The position numbers and the translations under genes are program-made. A stretch of DNA of 52,398 nt. Origin: Candidatus Heimdallarchaeota archaeon (GTDB lineage: Archaea; Asgardarchaeota; Heimdallarchaeia; Hodarchaeales; Hodarchaeaceae). The stretch covers positions 910,345-962,742 of the forward strand of contig CP070665.1 in NCBI GenBank assembly GCA_020351745.1, written 5' to 3'. This document shows, piece by piece, positions 47,210 through 52,398 of this stretch (its first letter is position 1; the number at the start of each line of letters is the position of its first letter). The notes beneath the pieces are model-generated. The model had not been told where the DNA came from and did no database searches. It saw nothing but the letters and a program-made list of their open reading frames with translations.

Positions 47210-48574
47210 TTGGTAAGAGGTAGTTTTATTTTGACGATTGAAACTGTAAAAGGAGAAAAGTATGAAATCAGGGATCTTTCCTTGAAAGATGAAGGATTAA
47301 GAACCATGGAATGGGCAGCAAGTCGAATGCCAGTTCTTCAACTTATTAAAAAGCGATTTGAAGATGAGAAACCGTTTAAAGGAGTACGGATCGGAGCATG
47401 TCTTCATGTCACAAAAGAAACATCCCAATTGTGTGAAGCATGGCTAGCAGGTGGAGCAGAAGTTTATCTCTGTGCATCAAATCCATTATCATCACAGGAT
47501 GAGATCACTGCTGCACTTGTTTCAAAAGGTGTCCATGTACATGCATGGAAATTTATGGACACAGAAGGTTACTATCGAGCTATTGGGAATATCATTAAGG
47601 CTCGGCCCCATGTTACAATCGATGATGGCGCAGATCTAGTCTCAATTCTTCACAAACTGAAGCGAGGGGAAACGGATGAGGAAGTTGAAATTGTTAGAAA
47701 AATCATTGGCGATACAACTGATATCATTGATGGTGTGTGGGGTGGAGCAGAAGAAACCACAACAGGAATTATCCGTCTCCAAGCAATGGCAGATGATGGA
47801 GCTCTACTCTATCCCATTATGGCAACAAACTCCTCGCCAAGTAAAAATTTATTTGATAATGTTTATGGGACTGGTCAATCCAGTATTGATGGAATCCTCA
47901 GAGCAACAGCAGATCTAATTGCTTCTAAAGTATTTGTAGTTGCTGGGTATGGTCATTGTGGAAAAGGGGTCGCAATGCGCGCGAAAGGCATGGGGGCAAG
48001 ACGGGTGATCGTCACAGAAATTGAACCGCATGCTGCTCTACAAGCTGTCATGGAAGGCATGGAAGTGATGCCCATGATCGAAGCATCAAAGATTGCTGAT
48101 ATTATTATCACTGCGACTGGTTGTAAGGATGTCGTGCGCAAAGAACACTTTGAAGTAATGAAGGACAATTGTAGTGTTTGTAATACTGGTCATTTCAATA
48201 TAGAAGTAAATATTGAAGATCTAGATGCTTTAGCTTCAAACAAAGTTCGAATACGTCAATTTGTTGATCAATATGTTTTAGGCGATGGCCGAAGAATCAA
48301 TCTATTAGGTGAAGGCAGATTAATCAATCTTGCTGCAGCAGAAGGGCATCCAAGTGAGATTATGGATCTTTCCTTCGCCTTACAAGCTTTAGCCAGTGAA
48401 CATATTGTTAAACATAAAAAAGAGTTGATAGAACAAGGTGGGAAAGTAGTTCAAATCCCCAGTGAAATTGATAATAGGGTCGCTTCTTTGAAGTGCCAAT
48501 CTTTAGGTATTGAACTTGATGTTCTTACTCCTGGACAGAAGGAGTATATTTCAAGCTGGCGTGTTGGAACTTAA
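47210..48574 (+). CDS. ahcY: adenosylhomocysteinase
   Basis: YEIRDLSLKDEGLRTMEWA...DDGADL...EETTTG...the NAD-binding GYGHCGKGVAMRAKGMGA...GHFNIE. There is no in-frame ATG near the N-terminus. The start is either TTG 47210 or TTG 47231, and the latter is preceded by GAGGT. Confidence 0.9.
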   Translation: MVRGSFILTIETVKGEKYEIRDLSLKDEGLRTMEWAASRMPVLQLIKKRFEDEKPFKGVRIGACLHVTKETSQLCEAWLAGGAEVYLCASNPLSSQDEITAALVSKGVHVHAWKFMDTEGYYRAIGNIIKARPHVTIDDGADLVSILHKLKRGETDEEVEIVRKIIGDTTDIIDGVWGGAEETTTGIIRLQAMADDGALLYPIMATNSSPSKNLFDNVYGTGQSSIDGILRATADLIASKVFVVAGYGHCGKGVAMRAKGMGARRVIVTEIEPHAALQAVMEGMEVMPMIEASKIADIIITATGCKDVVRKEHFEVMKDNCSVCNTGHFNIEVNIEDLDALASNKVRIRQFVDQYVLGDGRRINLLGEGRLINLAAAEGHPSEIMDLSFALQALASEHIVKHKKELIEQGGKVVQIPSEIDNRVASLKCQSLGIELDVLTPGQKEYISSWRVGT

Positions 48575-48649
48575 ATATTTTCTTTACTGCTCATTCGAAA
48601 GAAGGATAATAAAGAAATAACAATTGATGAGTAATTAGTATGGAATGAA

Positions 48650-48922
48650 TCATCGCTTAGAGTGAAAATTTTTTTTGAATATCTGAATAATATCTTCGGA
48701 ATTCTCTGGTATTTTCCAGATTTTGCGAGGATTGGTTGATTCAACCTCCCAAATGAGTCCCATCCTTTTCAATTTCCTAGTTCTTGCTTCAATCCATTTA
48801 CAAGACTTACCAATAGTTAATGAGCGAAGTTTTGGATGATATAATAGGTCACGATTAGTACGTGGTTTGTGATCACCAAGAATAGCTAAAATGTTTATGT
48901 AAGTTCTTTCTGAGATTTCTAT
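48650..48922 (-). CDS. possible small winged-helix protein lacking a canonical start codon
   Basis: Not in the track. The minus-strand frame is open from 48949 to the stop at 48652..48650: ...EIEISERTYINILAILGDHKPRTNRDLLYHPKLRSLTIGKSCKWIEARTRKLKRMGLIWEVESTNPRKIWKIPENSEDIIQIFKKNFHSKR*. It has a wHTH-like helix-turn-helix-wing pattern. There is no ATG, GTG or TTG until codon ~69. The nominal start is placed at ATA 48922, which overlaps the truA stop. Confidence 0.35.
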   Translation of the reverse strand: MEISERTYINILAILGDHKPRTNRDLLYHPKLRSLTIGKSCKWIEARTRKLKRMGLIWEVESTNPRKIWKIPENSEDIIQIFKKNFHSKR

Positions 48923-49749
48923 TTCTCTTGTACATGAGTAGTAAAGAAATCATATAACGCTGCTTTTGTCTTAGCTGCTAATAAGTGTTCATTCAATGTT
49001 TGCTGAAATGATCGAAGACTTTTATGATCATACTGAAACTGCACATCCTTATATTGGACATTTTCCAATACTAAATTCTCAGGTGGAGCAGCTTTGGGTT
49101 TAAACTTAACAATTTTTGATTCTAGAAGATGATTGGTATATTCTGAATCACATTTACCATTATTTAATTCAATTAAGTGACCAACAATTCTCCGAACCAT
49201 TTGCCAGAGAAACGACTTGCATGATATTCGAATTTGGTAGGTACAACCATCTAAAGGTAAGATTTCAGCACCTTCGATTGTTTTAATTGTTTCTTTTTCT
49301 TTCTTATTATCTCTCTTCGCAAAGTTACGAAAATCGTGTTTTCCTATCAACATTGTTAGAGTTTTACGGGCAAGAGGATAGTCAAAATCTTTACTAATAG
49401 TCAAAAAGTATGAGTATGTGCGTAAAATTGCGTCTCGTCTGGGGTGAAAGTCAGAAGAAACCTTTTCGAAGCCTAAGGCACAAATTGAATCAGGAAGATA
49501 AAAATTAATTTCTGATAAAATTGGATCTTTTTTGGATATTAATGATACAACCTGGTTAATCGCTCCAACCCCACGATCAGTGCGACTAGCAAAACGAATC
49601 TGAGACTCTTTCTCTGAAACAATTAATCGTGCGTTTTTGAATGCTGAAATTACAAGCGTGAATATGTTCTGAGAGTCATGCAATTGGCTACTGAATCCTG
49701 AGTAATTCAACATAGGTAAGTAGCCAAAACAAATTGCGTACTTCGGCAT
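48919..49749 (-). CDS. truA: tRNA pseudouridine synthase A
   Basis: Has the catalytic Asp motif FASRTDRGVGAINQV and FLWQMVRRIVG. ATG start. Confidence 0.85.
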   Translation of the reverse strand: MPKYAICFGYLPMLNYSGFSSQLHDSQNIFTLVISAFKNARLIVSEKESQIRFASRTDRGVGAINQVVSLISKKDPILSEINFYLPDSICALGFEKVSSDFHPRRDAILRTYSYFLTISKDFDYPLARKTLTMLIGKHDFRNFAKRDNKKEKETIKTIEGAEILPLDGCTYQIRISCKSFLWQMVRRIVGHLIELNNGKCDSEYTNHLLESKIVKFKPKAAPPENLVLENVQYKDVQFQYDHKSLRSFQQTLNEHLLAAKTKAALYDFFTTHVQEK

Positions 49750-49842
49750 TAGATTTCTCCAGTTTTTCTTTTCTTCATGATCTGTTGAATTTGTACCTTG
49801 TTCTCTTCAAAAAATTCTATCAAAAGATTCCTAATTTCCGTT

Positions 49843-50853
49843 TTATTGTTCATAGATAGTAAATACAAATGTAATTGAGGAAAAGTTTTGATCCCAGAAT
49901 GCTTGGAGTTGGTTTTTTTGATTTTCATGAAGTAAATCTTCTTTCCCGCAAATTAGGAGAAGAGGAACTTCTTGAAAATTCTGGGAGATCTGATTTAAAA
50001 GATTTATTTGGGAAATAAGGGAAGTCTCCTGGGTGAAATCAAAAATGAAGACTATAGCTGTTGCTAAGGTTTTTAAAGCTGCGATAGCTCGCAATTCAAT
50101 CTCTTTCATTTCAGTTAATGATCTATCTAAAATTCCAGGAGTATCAACAATTTGGCACGAAATATGACTAATTGGCCGTTTTGATGTGGAAGATGCAAAG
50201 ATAGGGATTTTCAAATGACCTAGGGTCACTTCTTTAGTAGTAAAAGGATAAGCTCCTATTTCAGGTGTTGCAGATGTTACTGCATTCACTAAAGAACTTT
50301 TTCCAACATTTGGATATCCTGCGATACATATGGTGGGTTGATCTAAATCAATTCCAGGCATTCCACGCATACGGGCTCTTACGCCTTCTATAAATTCTAA
50401 TCTAGCGTCCAACTTAATGATAACTGATTTCATTCTACCAAAAGCCGCCCTACGAATGTTTTTAGCAGCTAAAACTGATCTTGCATTCCAAACATCCCCA
50501 AGGTGCTCACGTTTGATCTTCCAAACAACATCAGCGGCACCAGAAAAAGATCCTAAGGTTTTTCGTATTCTGTCTAATCCGAAACTAAGATCTAAGATTT
50601 CTACATAAAAGCCAGTAATATTCTCTGCATCCAAGCGAGGGAAATCTTCTACAATTCTGAATAAGCGATTTCGTAATTCTTTGGATAGTAGTTCAATTCG
50701 AGTAGCTTCTTTTTTCCGAATTCTTTGCATTGGAGGAACACTGTCAGATGTTCCTCTGATTGACGTCTTCATAACACTGTTCTGTGCCATCAAAAATAGC
50801 TTATCAGCTCTAGGGACAGGAATAATAGAACGAAAAGGGTTTGTAGATGGCAT
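49843..50853 (-). CDS. Nog1-type GTP-binding protein
   Basis: Has a NOG1-like N-terminal helical domain followed by G1 GYPNVGKSSLVN, G2 FTT, G3 DTPG and a CGKED-type G4. The start is set at ATG 50853; the track uses TTG 50859. Confidence 0.75.
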   Translation of the reverse strand: MPSTNPFRSIIPVPRADKLFLMAQNSVMKTSIRGTSDSVPPMQRIRKKEATRIELLSKELRNRLFRIVEDFPRLDAENITGFYVEILDLSFGLDRIRKTLGSFSGAADVVWKIKREHLGDVWNARSVLAAKNIRRAAFGRMKSVIIKLDARLEFIEGVRARMRGMPGIDLDQPTICIAGYPNVGKSSLVNAVTSATPEIGAYPFTTKEVTLGHLKIPIFASSTSKRPISHISCQIVDTPGILDRSLTEMKEIELRAIAALKTLATAIVFIFDFTQETSLISQINLLNQISQNFQEVPLLLICGKEDLLHENQKNQLQAFWDQNFSSITFVFTIYEQ

Positions 50854-50894
50854 AATCAAACATCCGAGACTTAGATTGACTTTAGAAAGCGATT

Positions 50895-51419
50895 TCAGTC
50901 AGATTCATGAATGATATCCTGTAGACGGTTTAATCCATCTATTGATTCTATTACATCCCAAACTGCTTTAGGAACCATATGATGCCATTTGGTACCTTCA
51001 GCCATTTGTTTCCGAATTTGAGCACCTTTATAATCAGTACGGTTAAAAGGACCAGTGGGTCTTACTTCCATTCCTGCTTCCATAAACAATCGGCGAGTAA
51101 GACTGTTATTCGTATACACTCGTGTGAAGGGAGGGCAATAGCTGCATAAATGACTCACCCAAACAGAATTTCGATGTATATCGGGAATGGTAACCATATA
51201 AACACGTTCCAGCTGAATGTCTGCTTCTTTCATTGCTGCACGAATCATCAGAAGTCTTTCACCAGCAGTGAAGGGATCAGAAACAGTGTGAGACTGTTGA
51301 GTACTACCAATGGCGATTACTATTTCTTCCTCTTGTTCTAAAATATGCTGAACAGCCTTTAAATGACCCTTGTGGAATGGATTAAACCTTCCAACAAAAA
51401 GTCCCCGTCCTTTATTCAT
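50895..51419 (-). CDS. nadM: nicotinamide-nucleotide adenylyltransferase (archaeal NadM type)
   Basis: RGLFVGRFNPFHKGHL is the (H/T)xGH nucleotidyltransferase motif. Length of 174 aa fits, and there is a C-terminal ISxT-like region. Confidence 0.85.
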   Translation of the reverse strand: MNKGRGLFVGRFNPFHKGHLKAVQHILEQEEEIVIAIGSTQQSHTVSDPFTAGERLLMIRAAMKEADIQLERVYMVTIPDIHRNSVWVSHLCSYCPPFTRVYTNNSLTRRLFMEAGMEVRPTGPFNRTDYKGAQIRKQMAEGTKWHHMVPKAVWDVIESIDGLNRLQDIIHESD

Positions 51420-52227
51420 TCTTTTTGGCCTCTAATTGCCTTTCTTTTTGTTTAATTGCTTCTTCTATGGAAATATCGCCTAATGCTACAGATTGTGCTA
51501 GTTCTGCATCTAAAGTAATCCGATTATTTGATAAATTTCGGCTCCATTTTTGGATTTCCTTTATTCTACCATTGGGTATGAAACTTCTTACCAGGTGATT
51601 TTTTATTTTCCCTGAACGATGAGCAATAGTAATTGCAGCTGTTTCATCAGAACCAAAAGGTTCTGCTGGTGGTATTTTTTTGGAGCTTGAATAAGCTTCT
51701 TGTACTATCTCTAGTTTAATGCTATCTTGATTTCCAAAAACAGTAAAAAGTTTGTTAAAAACTACTTGTGATACAGAAGTAGGTTGATCACCAATACGAA
51801 TAACCACCTTTTCACTAGGAAATAGGATTAAATATTCCTCTATTTTTTTAGTTAATTGAGGTAATCTACTCGTTTCTGCAGCTAAAATCATTCCATCACA
51901 AATTGCTGCCAATCCTATGTGTTCCCCAGGGTCAACACCCACAATTAATAGTTTAAATTTTGGTTCTTTTTTTCTTGCAATAATCCCAATAATTTTTATA
52001 ACGAGATGTGGGTGAATCTGATCGAAACTGAGTTGGAGAATTGGAGAACCACTTAAGTTATTATTCGAGTCTTGTGTTGTGATAATTAGGTCAAACTTTT
52101 GAAAAGGAATAGGCTGATTAAGTGCAAAAAATTTGGCACTTAAAGGGGAACCTTCGAATAACTTTGATAATTTGTGATAAAAACGCATGTCATCTGTTTG
52201 AATGGCAATTCGATAATTTATTGGCAA
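51412..52227 (-). CDS. hypothetical protein with a possible RNase-H-fold (RuvC/YqgF-like) core
   Basis: LLIVGVDPGEHIGLAAI resembles the first beta-strand and Asp motif of RuvC-like nucleases. The rest is unrecognised. The start is TTG 52227 or ATG 52188. Its stop overlaps the nadM start by 8 nt. Confidence 0.45.
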   Translation of the reverse strand: MPINYRIAIQTDDMRFYHKLSKLFEGSPLSAKFFALNQPIPFQKFDLIITTQDSNNNLSGSPILQLSFDQIHPHLVIKIIGIIARKKEPKFKLLIVGVDPGEHIGLAAICDGMILAAETSRLPQLTKKIEEYLILFPSEKVVIRIGDQPTSVSQVVFNKLFTVFGNQDSIKLEIVQEAYSSSKKIPPAEPFGSDETAAITIAHRSGKIKNHLVRSFIPNGRIKEIQKWSRNLSNNRITLDAELAQSVALGDISIEEAIKQKERQLEAKKNE

Positions 52228-52398
52228 TTCGAACCCCGATATCAGTGAAACAACTTATTGATCCTTTTTACATCCAAGATAATATAGATCTTTCACAGAT
52301 TATTTTAAACGAAATCGATTAATTTTTTTAAATGCTTACTAGGGAATATTAATATAAATTAAAGAAGTCCAAGTAATGGATAATCCACTCATTTCTCT

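Noticed and set aside
1-52398. Search for CRISPR arrays, rRNA genes, transposases or integrases, and toxin-antitoxin or restriction-type defence clusters
   Set aside because: I saw no regularly spaced direct repeats, no rRNA-like conserved blocks, and no ORF with transposase, integrase, Cas or restriction motifs. The window is a core housekeeping region. The only clear mobile element is the intein, along with possibly mobile tRNA introns.

Overview
AT-rich (about one-third G+C by eye) archaeal chromosomal segment, densely packed with housekeeping genes on both strands. These include type IA topoisomerase, GlmS, aRF1, PyrH, LSm, r-proteins L37e/L40e/L21e, RNase P Rpp21, CutA, an RtcA-like protein, a presenilin-like protease, ThiL, TrmJ-like and MiaB-like enzymes, PRPP synthase, SRP54, TrmY and Pus10, RpoF, A-type ATPase subunit A, Psd and PssA, AhcY, TruA, a Nog1-type GTPase and NadM. 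The gene content is typical of archaea. A possible profilin-like small protein and the low G+C would fit an Asgard/Lokiarchaeia-like genome, but that cannot be shown from this window. No rRNA, CRISPR array, transposase or obvious defence island was seen.

The three most unusual signals lie outside ordinary protein annotation:
1. Ten tRNA genes carry about 16 introns in total. One tRNA-Met is interrupted four times, one tRNA-Phe three times, and three tRNAs share a 31-nt T-loop intron with conserved ends.
2. Two diverged, roughly 405-nt non-coding elements in inverted orientation (5016-5421 and 40738-41142) share perfectly conserved hairpin-forming blocks. Each sits in an unusually long intergenic region and points toward the next gene.
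3. atpA is split by a 539-aa LAGLIDADG intein in the P-loop. It is detached from any other ATPase gene and packed 3 nt ahead of psd-pssA.

Several enzymes carry substitutions at positions I recall as catalytic: RtcA His to Phe, transglutaminase Cys to Ser, and aRF1 NIKS to NIRS.

Many of the 'M' starts in the ORF track are really TTG or GTG codons, so I re-set several starts using homology. I added three small ORFs missing from the track: L40e, a RHH protein and a wHTH ORF. All family assignments come from motif recognition by eye. No searches were run.
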